DNA of 64,000 nt from Phoronis australis (lineage: Eukaryota > Animalia > Phoronida), in contig NMRA01000064.1 in assembly GCA_002633005.1 (NCBI GenBank), positions 377,977 to 441,976 of the forward strand, read 5' to 3'. The notes under the pieces are model-generated. The model saw only the letters and a list, made by a program, of their open reading frames with translations. It did no database searches and had not been told where the DNA came from. Position numbers and translations under genes: made by a program. This document shows, one piece after another, positions 37,201 to 51,633 of the stretch. The number at the start of each line of letters is the position of its first letter. The stretch's first letter is position 1.

Positions 37201-40200
37201 CACGAACACCGTAACACCAACAATTGCTAAAAAAATAAGACACAACAGCTCATCCTGGAATACAACACACTGTCAAGAATATCTAAAAAAAATTTTTGGT
37301 TACAAGTTCATCTTTTAGCTTTTATTACACACACACACACCTGATCTAACTGACGTAACTAAATGAGAACCTCAAACACCCCTGCTCTGACTGACGCAAC
37401 TAAATGAGAACCTAGATAAGTTGACCAAAAAGCAACCCCAACATAAATTCCAGAAGTATTATGATCTTGTGGTTTTCCAAACATTTTCATAACTCACCAG
37501 ACCCCCTCCCTCTTCCCATCAGACATAATGCTGCCATCAGCTCTCACACTCACTACACTTGACAGTAATTTATGGTCAAGGAAAGCAACACACTACAGTA
37601 AGTAGGTACTTGACAAATTAGAACAATGGCATAGGCCAGGCCTTATTATGAAATATATGATACCTGTGGATGTACATACTCCAGGTATCAGAAAAAGGTT
37701 AAACTGCCACTTTGTTTTGACAAAGACCCACACTGCGATCAGCTTTAAAGTAACAGACAATTTATCGATTTACAATACGAGTACATTAGCGCAGAGGAAG
37801 TACGCGAGGCATAAAAATGCTTCAGCGTCAGAGAACTCCGCTGTGATTGACTGCACAATATGCGCGACGCGCACTATGTACTCAGACGTAATTACCATAA
37901 TGGGGACACACATTACTAGTGTCAAAGGCAAACATCTGACTGCTTACTTGGGCAATGTTCGATGGGGAAAACGGTGGCCGGTCCATAAAATGCAAACCAT
38001 AGTTTAACATATTCTCAGTTTGAAAGGAACGTGTGTGCAGTGACTATGGTATTGTTCGAGACCAGCTTGCATATATATAGTGACTTTCAATCAACACAGA
38101 AGTTTCCCCAACATAAGGTAAAACTTCAGGAAATTGGGTAAAATTAGATTACATGACTCCCTAGTATTACACCATTCTTACTTAGATGGTATGGACAACT
38201 ACAGAAACTGGACTTTTTAACATGACAACTAAATTAACAAAATATAAACAAAATCGCAATTGAGGACACATTTGTAAATGCCTGTGATGGTATCATTTAC
38301 AATCATGGCATCTGGCCAAACAAAGCAGAGTTATCTATGACACCATCAACACACACTGACATTTCTATCTAAATAACTTAAATGGTACCAGGACCTCAGA
38401 ATTATTTTCTGCAATAATTTCAGTCTGTTCCAAAAACAAGGTACCTAAACTACACAGTTAACAGACTCATAAAAACGGTCACGGATGCATGAACGTGACT
38501 CACGTACCTGCAAACACCATTCACTGACTCACAAACACGGGATCAGACTCACAACACACGATCCATTCACCTAAATACACGGGACACGGACTTACATTTA
38601 CGAAGAAACACGGTTAACGGGCCATCAAACACGGTTCACTCCTATAAAGCATGCCATAAACACGCGTCCCAGACTCATCGGCTTCCTGGGTCAGCCTCGT
38701 CCCCAAGCCTCGAGACGGTTTTGATCGGTTTGGCGATCAGCGCTCTCTTGAGGCTTGCGGACGAGGCTGCCTCCCAGGTAAGTAGCACGAAATAGTGACC
38801 ATAACTACGTAGAAAGGGAATTGATCAACCTTCATGTATTTGGCAATGGCAATACCTTTGCCTAAAGACGTCGCTTTCAGTACAAAAGTAAGATTTGAAC
38901 AAACTTTCACATGAGACAAATATTTCAAGTCAGGCTATAATAACTCCATTTTGATATTTTTTAATCCGCATCAACTTAACAGTAAACAGGCATAAACATC
39001 AGCACGGCGAGAATCAACAACTAAGAGATGTTACCAGAGACCTTTACACAAGAATTCTATTCCATTTTCTTGGGGCAGATCCGAATGGTGCAATAGGTGA
39101 AAGAGAGGGTCTTTTCGAGGATTTATAACGGTCCGTGTCATTTTAAAAAGAAAGCAGAAGATAACGGAAGTCTCACTGTCAAAATTAATTAATTGATGTT
39201 AGAAACAGGTTTAGGAAGCCAATAAATTGTAGAACAAAGAAGCAGTTTAAATAATGTTTGTTGTTTCTAAATCACAAAAATTACATCACAGTGCAGACAA
39301 AAATAATATAAAAATATATTTAATCTCGCACCCATTAAACAGCTGTCGAAGCCGACATCTACATTTTGTCCGTAAACTGTATTTGACGGTCCGTTAAACG
39401 TGTTTCTTCGTGAATATGAGTCCGTGACCCGGGTATTTGGGTGAATGGATCGTGTTTTACGAGTCCGATCCAGTGTTTGTGAGTCAGTGAATGGTGTTTG
39501 CAGGTATATGAGTCGTGTTCATGCGTCCGTGACCGTGTTTATGAGTCCATTAACCCTGTAGTTTAGGTACCTTGAAACATTAAGAAGACAATTTGTCTAA
39601 GAAGATAATCTGTCACCAACAAAATATGCTTAACGAAACCAAATAAACTCAACTGACTCATTATGTTTCCATGAATTTTAAANCTCCCTCTTCCCATCAG
39701 ACATAATGCTGCCATCAGCTCTCACACTCACTACACTTGACAGTAATTTATGGTCAAGGAAAGCAACACACTACAGTAAGTAGGTACTTGACAAATTAGA
39801 ACAATGGCATAGGCCAGGCCTTATTATGAAATATATGATACCTGTGGATGTACATACTCCAGGTATCAGAAAAAGGTTAAACTGCCACTTTGTTTTGACA
39901 AAGACCCACACTGCGATCAGCTTTAAAGTAACAGACAATTTATCGATTTACAATACGAGTACATTAGCGCAGAGGAAGTACGCGAGGCATAAAAATGCTT
40001 CAGCGTCAGAGAACTCCGCTGTGATTGACTGCACAATATGCGCGACGCGCACTATGTACTCAGACGTAATTACCATAATGGGGACACACATTACTAGTGT
40101 CAAAGGCAAACATCTGACTGCTTACTTGGGCAATGTTCGATGGGGAAAACGGTGGCCGGTCCATAAAATGCAAACCATAGTTTAACATATTCTCAGTTTG

Positions 40201-42248
40201 AAAGGAACGTGTGTGCAGTGACTATGGTATTGTTCGAGACCAGCTTGCATATATATAGTGACTTTCAATCAACACAGAAGTTTCCCCAACATAAGGTAAA
40301 ACTTCAGGAAATTAGGTAAAATTAGATTACATGACTCCCTAGTATTACACTATTCTTACTTAGATGGTATGGACAACTACAGAAACTGGACTTTTTAACA
40401 TGACAACTAAATTAACAAAATATAAACAAAATCGCAATTGAGGACACATTTGTAAATGCCTGTGATGGTATCATTTACTATCATGGCATCTAGCCAAACA
40501 AAGCAGAGTTATCTATGACACCATCAACACACACTGACATTTCTATCTAAATAACTTAAATGGTACCAGGACCTCAGAATTATCTTCTGCAATAATTTCA
40601 GTCTGTTCCAAAAACAAGGTACCTAAACTACACAGTTAACGGACTCATAAAAACGGTCACGGATGCATGAACGTGACTCACGTACCTGCAAACACCATTC
40701 ACTGACTCACAAACACGGGATCAGACTCACAATACACGATCCATTCACCTAAATACACGGGACACGGACTTACATTTACGAAGAAACACGGTTAACGGGC
40801 CGTCAAACACGGTTCACTCCTATAAAGCATGCCATAAACACGCGTCACGGACTCGTCGGCTTCCTGGGTCAGCCTCGTCCCCAAGCCTCGAGACAGTTTT
40901 GATCGGTTTGGCGATCAGCGCTCTCTTGAGGCTTGCGGACGAGGCTGCCTCCCAGGTAAGTAGCACGAAATAGTGACCATAACTACGTAGAAAGGGGATT
41001 AATCAACCTTCATGTATTTGGCAATGGCAATACCTTTGCCTAAAGAAGTCGCTTTCAGTACAAAAGTACGATTTGAACAAACTTTCACATAAGACAAATA
41101 TTTCAAGTCAGGCTATAATAACTCCATTTTGATATTTTTTAATGTGCATCAACTTAATAGTAAACCGGCATAAACTTCAGCATGGCGAGAATCAACAACA
41201 AAGAGACGTTACCAGAGACCCTTACACAAGAATTCTATTCCATTTTCTTGGGGCAGATCCGAATGGTGAAATAGGTGAAAGAGGGGGTCTTTTCGAGGAT
41301 TTATAACGGTCCGTGTCATTTTAAGAAGAAAGCAGAAGATAACGGAAGTCTCACTGTCAAAAGTAAGAATTGATGTTAGAAACAGGTTTAGGAAGCCAAT
41401 AAAATGTAGAACAAAGAAGCAGTTTAAATAACGTTTATTGTTTCTAAATCCCAACAATTACATCACAGTGCAGACAAAAATAATATAAAAAATATATTTA
41501 ACCTCGCACCCATTATACAGCTGTCAAAGCAGACATCTACATTTGTTCCGTAAACCGTATTTGGCGGTCCGTTAAACGTGTTTCTTCGTGAATATGAGTC
41601 CGTGACCCGGGTATTTGGGTGAATGGATCGTGTTTTACGAGTCCAATCCAGTGTTTGTGAGTCAGTGAATGGTGTTTGCAGGTATATGAGTCGTGTTCAT
41701 GCGTCCGTGACCGTGTTTATGAGTCCATTAACCCTGTAGTTTAGGTACCTTGAAACATTAAGAAGACAATCTGCCTAAGAAGATAATCTGTCACCAACAA
41801 AATATGCTTAACGAAACCAAATAAACTCAACTGACTCATTATGTTTCCATGAATTTTAAATCAGCTCACAGTTTCCTCAAGAGAAAATGTGAGCACAGAA
41901 AACAGTAATATCCTGGTTAATTTGACCACCATTCACACTTTGCCAATAGCTAGTTGCTGAGCAGTGAAAACTCAACCCCTAGCAGGCCTAATGGCCATTC
42001 ACTGAAAGCCTGGTCAGGTTCCAGCAAAGACCACAGGGACAATAAGTCTATTCAGAGTGTCATGTAACCCTGGCATTCCAATGAATGGATCTCACTGAAA
42101 CATGGCACCAGGCCAACAATGAACAACTTTACTGGCAGCTCAAAAGAGAGTAGATCTTGTTTTCTTACACATGGTGATAAATTAAGGAGTGGAGGCCAAA
42201 GACACTAAACACAGAGGCAAAGATGTGCAGGTGCCACACACATGCACG

Positions 42249-42279
<31 letters not shown>

Positions 42280-45200
42280 CTTTAGGCGAGTGTACATGGC
42301 TGAACAGTCATACCACACACACACACACACACACACACACACCAACAAACACACACCAACACACACACACAAGGTGAGTGTACATTATATGGTATTATAT
42401 GGTGCCATGGCAGAACACTGACAGACTTGCACCTGGACCATTGTGTTAGGTGCACCTTGAGTTTTGTTTGTGCATTAAATGATTAATGTCAACAAGCTTC
42501 ACTAAGGCACTTAAAGCCATGTCATAAAAACAACACTATCTACATTAAATGTGACCACAGACATGGTCGTCATCCATTAAAAGTTGCCCTAGTACTAACC
42601 TTAGCGCACCTGGGGTGTTTAACAACAGTACTTCAATTTCACAAAATCAAAAAAATGAGACCATCCATCAACACACACGGTTTTATCATTCCTTTACCAA
42701 AGTCCTTAGTCCACAACTTTTGATAAAAAAAATGTTTACCCAGCCCCTATGTTCATGGCGACATATTAGCTCAATCCTCAGACCACAAATAAATATGTTC
42801 CTAATTTCGCCAGTCTCTTATTAACTTCATTTCTCAACTGCCAATGCAAGAGCAGCCACCCTAAAATAGATCAGCACCGCAGACGATTCTAGCTGCACAA
42901 ATTAGCAAGGGTACAAAATCAATTAGAAAGACAAATCCTTTTTGAACCCTGATTCAAGGACATTGAGTCCTATAATCACAACAGGGCAGTGTATCAAATC
43001 CAATCGATGACGAACACGTAGCATTGATCACATGATTTGTGTCAGCCGATGGAATAAGTCTTTGGTTCTCATTACTATAAGGCACTAGACACCGATAATC
43101 GCCAGACATTCAGCACTCCACATCGCACGGTTATATCCATGAATGCCATGATTAAGGAGCGACCACACTGGCTGCCACTCAGGAAATATTACTTGCACTT
43201 TAACAACTCCATGGTTTTTGTCTGTGATCAGATTAAACAAATTCTTAACCCCATGAAAACACTCCAGTTTTTAATCTGATTACACTGATATCAAATAAGC
43301 AGATATGTTTGTTCCCAATAATGCCTAATGCGTGGATGTGAGTTTCAGTGTACACTGAAGCAAATTCTTAACAATTTTGGACAAAAATTAATGCCAGACT
43401 TGCCCTTTCTTCATTTTTCAAAGTCAATCTAACATTGTTGTGAAAGCACCACAACTTTTTCAAACCATTGTTCGATGGTAGAGCATTACCATGGGGCTTC
43501 TTATGGTATATAAAATTGCACCTCTTTGAAACATCGTGTCCCGTAACAGTGAAATGCCAGCTCCAGTGCATAAAACTGGACACTAGACAGACAACGTACT
43601 CATGTGGGTACATTCCCAGTCTTCAGTTTTAACTTCAGTCTTGATTTTGAGTCTTGCACATTTACCAAAATGAGAGTGCAGCATGAATCATGTGTCTGGA
43701 TGGCTGAACAGCAATCTACCTATCTCAGCGTTTGCAGTTATAAGCCCCTTACCTATCAGTGACTGTGGTGGGCTAAGCCAACATTTCCCACAGAGGTCTG
43801 TATATATGGAGAAACAACCTCATCATCTCTCACTTCTACACACAGACCAAAAATCACCCAACAAATATAAAATCTCACCAATTTCAAAAACAATTGCCAA
43901 AAGTGGGATACCAACATGGTTGTGAATGTCCAGAATTTATCAAAATGCCACGTATTCAATATTTATTTGGTGCTGCCCCTTATCTTCTACTAAAAAAAAA
44001 CAAATTTATAAAATTTGACTTATCTCCATACTGTGTCCTATATTGTTGATATGTTACAATAAGCCATATTACTATCAATACAACAAGATGGCAATAGATA
44101 CTTCAAGCTCAAGACTGACAAGTTATCATATGTCCTAGTTACTCCTAGTAACAAGTGTGCAGTTTGCCCAAACCAGTTTAAGAACACCTGCAACAGTTAG
44201 GAAGTGAAAATGACAAAACCCAGGATCTCTTGGTGGAGTAGTCAGTCCTGACCAACAAGATGTTTATTGACCTCAACCCACTGGAACATATGATTCAGAA
44301 CTATGGTAAGGCACTAGAAAACACAGCGATTCTCAGAATTCAGCAGGTCCACCCTAATAACAGATGTATTTTCACAAAACTGAAATAAACTACTGGGATC
44401 AGTTAACAGTAGCTTAGGTCACTTCTCCAGTGCTGTTTCTACAGAACATACGCATTTCATTAACTGGACTATAGTGCTGTCCACACACAAACTTACCCTA
44501 GAACAAGTTACACCTGGAAGGAGTTGTCACTAGGTTTTTTAGTGCTGTCTGGATGCTATTTAAACAAGTAATAACTAGCGCAACTAACCCCATTTGTGGC
44601 AACTCACATTATCGAGGTGGGGTAACTTGTTCTAGATATCTTGTGCCACTTGTAATCGGTGTGTGGGCGCAAAAGTGGGGTAGGGTGAAAGTAATTATCA
44701 GCTGTAGTTCCACAAAGACGATTTTTTTTTGGGCAAGGTACCTACATTAGGTGTTCATTGTCGCGCGCAGAGCAACAACTTTGCCTTACCCTAGTTATCA
44801 CATATGTATGTGCATGCTTCACTTACAAGTGGGGTAAGTTGCACTGGTGCAAGTTTTTCTGGGGTAGGTTGTGTTTGGACGAGACTTAGGCTAATTCTCA
44901 GTTGAGAACTCTACCTAACTACTGCCCATCATCTAATATTCAGGATGTAATGAAACATATAGAAAGAGCCAATAAACTAAAGAAAAACTGGCTGCAGAGA
45001 CAAGGTATCCAATCAAAACTCCACATTTTCCACAGAGAAGTGGAGACTAAACCTTACTGAAAGGACAAATAGCGACCACTTGTCAACAGCTAAGGGGCCA
45101 AGAGGCAAACAACATTCCAAGAATTCATAGCCAAATAAGCTAAGCATAAGGAAGGACCTGAGTGGACAAGTGCCCACAGCCATAACCCTGTGTGGCTGAC

Positions 45201-48200
45201 TGATGGAAACAATCACAAGTCAGTTGAACTACTTGTTAGGAGACCACCTATAGAACAACTGGTGAGCATACAAAGACCGCCTTTTCAAAAGCCAAAGCAT
45301 AGAATTGATTCAAAAGCATACTTGGTACACAGTGCATTGTACTTTCAATATTACATTCTTTCACTGGTAGCAAATGGATCTGAGATCAAGTCCTGGTCAA
45401 CAGACACACATTGACTGGGTCCTGCTAATCAAGATCATATGGTGGACACTGCCAAAAGCAGGCTGGAGTTACATCAGAAACTAATAAAAGTAGACAGGGT
45501 TAAAACTTAGGCTGGTTAAAATACACCTGTTGTTGCCAAAGCCAAGTCGACACAGCTAACTTGATTCAAATCTTACTTAAACCATAAATGTCATCAAAAC
45601 ACAGAACTAGATTGGGCAGAATGATGGCTGAAAACTGCACTAGAATTAACAGCTTTCAGTGATAGAATCCCTGACATTACAGCCAGATTAATAACCACAA
45701 ATCTCTGACATTACTACAAAACCATTGTTGTTGTATGACACAGCTGCCCTGAAAACATGATAAGCTTTGTTTGATAGGCTAATCAGCTTGAATAATGTAC
45801 TTCATTTGAATATCACATGAATATTGCCTCATTCAATGAAAACCATAAAACAATTTAAAACTATGTAAAGCAATCTCAACTCTAAATCAAACAATAAAAT
45901 AGCCAAAGGTCACAACTCAACAAGAAATTTCTTTCACAGTCAAAACTGTGATCAACCACAAATCAAGTGAAGCCCAGGCTCCAATAAAAAGACAGCCACA
46001 AAAATGTGGAAAAAATACAACAACAGATTTCCACAGATTAATCAAAATAAACACGGATATGTAAATCTGCAGTGGAGAAAAATAACAAAATATTTCTACA
46101 TATCCTATGAGCATGATAACAGAATGTCAAAAAAACAATCAACACTGGGCAATTTCTCAACAGCTCCAGTTATGGCTGCTAGATTTATCAGTTTTGGAAG
46201 AACCCAGATAACAGAGCTATCAATCATTTATGTATCTAGTCATTATGTCCTAACGGCATGACAGGCTAAGTCATCAAAGACATCAACTGATGAAGATGTA
46301 GTGACTCTGGTCACTGTACGAGGGGAGGGGGAGTACCTGTAGATGGCAGCCATAGCAACATGTGTTGAAGTTTACAAATCTTGCAGAATTTCTTCAGCAA
46401 AAGAACAAAATAAGCACCGATACACTGTTACTAGCAAAATTAATTCAATCATATCTTTTGGAATGCGTAAATGAGAATCCTCAAGCATTACAGGCAAAGC
46501 TCGTGGCATTAAACATGGTTCAAGATAGCTAAAGTCTTTTCAAACATAGCTCAAGATTTCTAAACACAGCTCAGCCCAATGTTTGAACACATGCAAATAT
46601 GTGTCCACACTTGGACCTGTACAAGGAATCTCTCAGGCACAACCAATGCTATTGGTAACAAAAGGTCACAACCAGGAGGATGTATGCTATAAAAACCCCA
46701 ATTTAACATCAAAGCACACCATTAAATAAGCTGACCAAACTCCAGCGGATTCCCCTATAACAGATGCTAAATGACTGGAGTTCAGTATACAAAACTAAGT
46801 TCTGGTTTTCTTGTGGTAAAGGTCATTCATGATCTACATGATCTTTTTCAACTAATATCTGGGTAAACTTTGGAAAAACACGATAAACTCTGGCAACATT
46901 AAAACTGAAACCAGTTATTGACATTCCTAAACTTAAATTTACAAAGATGACTGATGGGATTAGAAACATCAGTCTCACTACCTGAACTTAATGTTAATAT
47001 GGCCAATATTTTCCTGTTTATTGCATTCAAAAATCTTTGTACGAATATCTTCTAATTTTGAAAATCTGCAGAATTTTTTAGAGAATTCTAGATTGGCTAA
47101 ACATGTACTCATAAAAAGGCCCTGACAAACAGCTTCAATGGGTTCTGTATGAACTTAGCTACTGTACCAATAATTCCAAAAGACAAACAGATAAGAAAAA
47201 ATGCAGCTGACACTAACGACAGGTAATTGGTATCAAAACAAAAAACAGGTTATTAGCATCAATTTACAAATTGCGCATGAACTAAAGGCTGAGCCCCACA
47301 TCATTACAAACGAAAAAAGCTATGAATGCACCTGGTTTAAAAAAAACAAATGAGTCATTCATGATACCGCCACATGAAACTGTGCCCATTATATGACTAA
47401 AGCATATAGGGAAAAAGGATAGGCCAATATAAACCTTTTTGTTTTGTTAAGAGACAATGAATGGTTTCCTTCTGAAACCAATACTCTCCAAACCTGTTAA
47501 CTACATATTGTTGTGCTGAGCAATACAAAAATACTTTAGAAATTTCCCACAAGTCATTCTCTGTTCTTCAAAGGCTGACTACTTAACTACAAACAACAAA
47601 CCTTTACATCGTGTATTGAACATTGCATGACCCATTTGCCACGACAGCAAGTTTTACTTTTACTTTGCTGAGAAATTGGGAAAAGGAGAATCACTAGTCC
47701 ACTATACTGAGAACTATCACTAGTCCACTATACTGAGAACTAACTATCACTAGTCCACTATACTGAGAACTAACTATCACTAGTCCGCTATACTGAGAAC
47801 TAACTATCACTAGTCCACTATACTGAGAACTAATTATCACTAGTCCACTATACTGAGAACTATCACTAGTCGACTATACTGAGAATTAACTTTCACTAAT
47901 CGACTATACTGAGAACTAACTATCACTAGTCCACTACACTGAGAACTAACTAGGAGCAGGTCATAGCTGCCTCCAGGTTGTCAGTGACTCCCAAGGTGCT
48001 CAACTGCCTTGTTTAAAAAAATTTCATACATCTTACATCCATCAAGCACAACTCTGGCAGAATGATATATCGCCATGGTTTCACCTCAGGCAATTCTATT
48101 GTAGTAAGAGAGCTGTTGCCATACCCTCATCATCTGCTTGCACAAAAACAATGCATTTTATACGGTAAAAATTCTCCAGTTTGGACAGTGAAAAATTAAT

Positions 48201-51200
48201 TATTTAAGCTCAAATTTTAGAAATGAGCATTCTTGGCTGTCCCAAATTCAAGAATTATGATGAATGACTAACTTCACCTCCATGTTGTATACTATGGAGA
48301 CATGAAAACAAGGCATCAGTGGCTGTTTTCGATGACTTTATCTACTACCAAGTATATTTTCAGACTCTGTTAATACTAAGCACGATATTTCAGAAATAAG
48401 AAAAAAGCTAAAATCGCTAATGTTCAATCTTCAGAAGCAAGAAAATTCGATTCTGGCTTGAATTTCGGTGTCCCAAATTTCAGAAAGTGTCTCAAACTCG
48501 AGAATTTTTACCACAGTTACTAATAACAGCAAGCGCAAAGACAATAAAATATTAAACCAAACTTAAGTTTTATGTTTTGGAAAAGAAAATTCCAAAATAA
48601 ACTATAACTGGGAGAAAAATCAGCTAAGAATCTATGGGTGCACTTAGGCACTTTTCAATTGCTGTAACGAAAAAATATAAAATGCCTCCCTTTTGTCATG
48701 ATTGCGAATGAAAATCCTACTTTAAATTGTTTAACTTACAACCTTTAAAAAGGTGTATCTTTGTCTGCACAGGCAATTTTGGTTTATCATAATTGATCAT
48801 GTAAAAGATGTTTGAACAAATTCATGAAAATGGGGGTGTATAACTATTTCAAAATGGTTATTCACGAAGATAAAAAGTTCCCACTCAAACCAAAATCTGG
48901 GCCAAAATTACGCAAACAAAATGAAATTAAACAGCTCACAGGCCAGAAGGGCTGAACTGGCTTCAAAATTACAAAGATATGCCTGTACTGTTGATGGACA
49001 CCATGCATGTGCTCCTGTTCAAAATCATGTGTTGAAACATCAGGACAAAAATCTACGCCAACACAATGGAGAGTCCTTATTCTGCTTTGTTGTAAAGAGT
49101 GGAGTGTTTCTTAAACTTCTAATGCTTCTGAAGTGACACTAAATCCTCAACTTCGATACCAAGTCCATTCATCCATACATCATTCCACCAGGCACTTGTC
49201 ATGCCTTTCTCATACTTTCACGCTAAACACTGTTTTAATTTCTACATCAATTTGTTGTCTAATGCTAACAACGCCTTTACTGCAAGACAGTGAGCTTCAA
49301 TGTTGATACACAAAAACTGAACAAGCACAACAAATATCCATCGAGGTGACACAAAGAAACGAAACCATTCTGGACTTATTACAATAAAAATGTGTAAATG
49401 ATGTAAAATCGAGAAATTTGCAGCGGGTACATCTATTAAAAAATCACCAATGTTACACGCGTATGCTCACTATACCTCGGTGTGGAACAAGGCAAAATTT
49501 CAATGTTTTTCTGTGCTCATATGACTCAACTAGAGTAGGCCTTCCAAAACAAACAAATGATATCTTTTCCAACCTCCATGCATTTTGTGGGTTGCAACTT
49601 GGAAGTGCAGTAAACAGGTGGTACACCTTTGGTGGTACACTTTTGGTGGTGCACCTTTGGTGGTGCACCTTTGGTGGTTCACCTTTGGTGGTACACCTTT
49701 GGTGATACACCGTTGGTGGTACACCTTTGGTGGTTCTTTGTGGCCAGGACTTAAAACTTGACTAGCGTAAAGAGCACTACAACAAATACCAGAAAGATTG
49801 GTTGTTAAGTTGAATTTATGGGTTTCAGGTATCCTAAGAAAAAGATAAAAGCCTGGTTCTTTGACTTCAAAAAAAATCAAATAAATTTAGGAGTATGACG
49901 ACTGTTTACAGTTACCCCTTGGCAACATGGGTTATTCTGCATTTTAGGAGTCTAAATTATACTATTGTGTTATGGTTAGGGTTGGATTCCTCATGTTTGA
50001 GAACCAAATTTTTAGTTATACTCTTCTATTTCTGAAGTACAAAAGTATGAGAGCAATATAGAGAAATGGCGCGAGGTGGTTCTGGTTATTATATCTATTC
50101 AGGAATCCCTAAAAGTAAATTTGAACTGCTTTTGAATAGGAAGACTTCAATAAAGAAAATACATAAATTACCAATTTGGGTGTTAACAATTTATGTGAAG
50201 TCCAAACAGCTTCAACCATTAAAATGCAGGAACACCATAGGAAGAATATACACCAACAACGACATCGTCACCTGACAGTGCCATGGGAGCTCATTTCGAT
50301 CTTTTAGAACACACCAGTTATATACTTTTTTGTAAAGAAGGTGGTTAACCGGCTTCATTTTCTTCGGTTTACTCCCTCTAACAGAACTCTCATTGTGGTT
50401 CTAAACCTCGCCACTACGTGATGCACTTGTCAGTCACTAACTGCAGTCAAGTGACCTAATTATCGGACGTTTTGGCAAATTTTACATTAAATTTAATTGA
50501 AAATAAGAAAGCAAGATTTTATGTAATGTCCGATATTTATAAACTATGTGTAATCTACAATTGGCTACTGCCTGACCTGAGTGTGCCATCATTCATTAAC
50601 TGTTATATGGGATATCAAAGAATGATCCCGAATGAAAATCAGGCACGCAGGCATTCATTGGGTTGCTACTGATCACCAAATGTGTCATGTAGTGGCGAGA
50701 TTGAGAACCACGATAATACTTCCATTAGAGGCACCTACCATAACACGAGAGTATATTACAGATATGTTCCACAAGATTGAATAAGCTTCCGTAGTTTAAG
50801 CTGCATCAACTTAGCTTCCCATACCCTTCCCAATGTCCCATAACCCTATGGGCAAAAATGGAAGTTAACGGGTCCCTCTTGAAATTGGCTGCAGAGAACC
50901 AGGCGTGCGTTCAGTAGACGCTAGGACCTACACTAGGACCTAGCTAAAACCTATTCAACGTCACGTGTTCTCATTTAAAATACACGGCAATATCTCACGT
51001 AATCTCGCGAAGTCTTGCTTTTTAGCAAGGTCCTAGCGTTACTGAACGGGAGGCAGCTTTCACTGAATAATGACAACGATGTCCGTTATTCAGCAGACAT
51101 TTTCAAGAGGGACCCCTTTACTCCACTTGTATCAACCTCTGTACATTTTCATTTGACCTCGAGCACATTGAAAGGAATGATTTGTTTCCTCTACAATTAA

Positions 51201-51633
51201 CAACACAACTTTAATGGTTTACCAAGGGTGAAGACTAATTTTTCAGCAAAGTTTTCGTTGTTCAGAGGGATATGACCGCCTAGTTGTGAGACTTGGTAAG
51301 CGGCCAGTGTCAATGACTGAGTCAATGGCAATGGGGATTCCGTTTATTTGAAGTTTGAAATGGTAAATGAGGCTAATTCGAGTCAATTGACGATTCAAAA
51401 CTGATTTCTTCGCCATCTTCACGTTATGCCAACACGACAGAAAACATGACAACCAAATAAGAGTTCAAATTCCAGTATCGTGTTGATTATCTCCTCGTTG
51501 TTAGCATCGTCCGAACTCCAGCGGCATTATCATTAACCTGACATACAGGCAGTGGAACACTACTCACCCGCGCCTCGATATTTTGGCACAGAAGAGCCAG
51601 ACACAGCACCAGGAGGTATAAAAGGTGCCGCAT
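28283..51633 (-). CDS. SDC: Syndecan (type I heparan-sulfate proteoglycan) with SEA-like module, ~333 aa. Exons: 51568-51633, 36987-37043, 35072-35168, 33567-33664, 32655-32859, 30200-30285, 29610-29832, 28283-28452
   Basis: The last exon [56 protein letters not shown] gives the syndecan TM (GxxxG), C1 [10 protein letters not shown] and C2 EFYA. Exon 1 is a signal peptide, [22 protein letters not shown]. Exon 3 is an acidic Ser-Gly cluster, [32 protein letters not shown]. Exon 6 is a Thr/Pro stalk. All phases are compatible (1002 nt). The N gap at 33855-34119 could hide an extra exon. Confidence 0.9.
30668..31155. mobile_element. MITE with TIR cagggcttggaat (hAT-like CAGGG end)
   Basis: cagggcttggaat ... 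attccaagccctg is a perfect 13-bp inverted pair with gatata on both flanks. The interior is CpG-rich with repeated cgcggaa motifs. Confidence 0.8.
32655..33664 (-). other. Two exons encoding a ~100-aa SEA-like domain within syndecan
   Basis: They translate to [33 protein letters not shown]|[68 protein letters not shown]. The pattern is strand-helix-strand, GSVVV, strand-helix, and both outer introns are phase 1. Confidence 0.7.
33855..34119. other. Assembly gap (N run)
   Basis: Run of N; ORFs that span it are meaningless. Confidence 0.99.
38437..39574. mobile_element. Non-autonomous DNA transposon with ~190-bp imperfect TIRs (caaggtacctaaactaca...tgtagtttaggtaccttg)
   Basis: The long inverted arms align by eye, the termini are CA...TG and aaa flanks both sides. 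A nested hairpin lies at 38692-38769. Confidence 0.85.
40615..41752. mobile_element. Second (probably allelic) copy of the long-TIR element
   Basis: Same TIRs and same flanks as 38437-39574, inside the duplicated block. Confidence 0.8.
42236..42371. repeat. Compound (CA)n microsatellite
   Basis: Several acacacac runs; explains the His/Thr ORF 42189..42377. Confidence 0.85.
44475..44885. mobile_element. Degenerate MITE with long imperfect TIRs
   Basis: Left gtccacacacaaacttaccctagaacaagttacacc resembles the reverse complement of the right end, gtccaaacacaacctaccccagaaaaacttgcacc. Confidence 0.55.
47689..47952. repeat. 25/29-bp minisatellite (atcactagtccactatactgagaact[aact])
   Basis: About 9 tandem units are visible. 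Confidence 0.9.
48161..48515. mobile_element. Degenerate MITE starting tacggtaaaaattctc
   Basis: Left ggtaaaaattctccagtttggaca resembles the reverse complement of the right end, ggtaaaaattctcgagtttgagaca. Confidence 0.6.
49617..49735. repeat. ~14-bp tandem repeat (ggtggtacaccttt)
   Basis: About 8 units; explains the [12 protein letters not shown] repeat ORFs. Confidence 0.85.
50375..50730. mobile_element. MITE with ~50-bp imperfect TIRs
   Basis: Left cctctaacagaactctcattgtggttctaaacctcgccactacgtga resembles the reverse complement of the right end, cctctaatggaagtattatcgtggttctcaatctcgccactacatga. Confidence 0.7.
50908..51048. mobile_element. Small palindromic MITE family C, copy 1
   Basis: cgttcagtagacgctaggacct ... 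aggtcctagcgttactgaacg; a related copy lies at 58331-58425. Confidence 0.7.

Larger units (their letters stand above)
37507..41860. repeat. ~2.18-kb near-identical direct duplication (37507-39682 / 39684-41860) joined by a single N
   Basis: Identical 119-aa ORFs occur at 37648 and 39826 (offset 2178), with scattered SNPs and indels elsewhere. Probably two haplotypes assembled in tandem. Confidence 0.9.

Noticed and set aside
37507-41860. 2.18-kb tandem duplication with twin 119-aa ORFs
   Set aside because: The junction is a single N (39683) and divergence looks allelic. The ORF has no recognisable motif and lies antisense in a syndecan intron. Likely an assembly artefact; read depth of about half over each copy would confirm.
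47689-47952. 25-29-bp repeats of CRISPR-repeat size
   Set aside because: No spacers; ordinary minisatellite.
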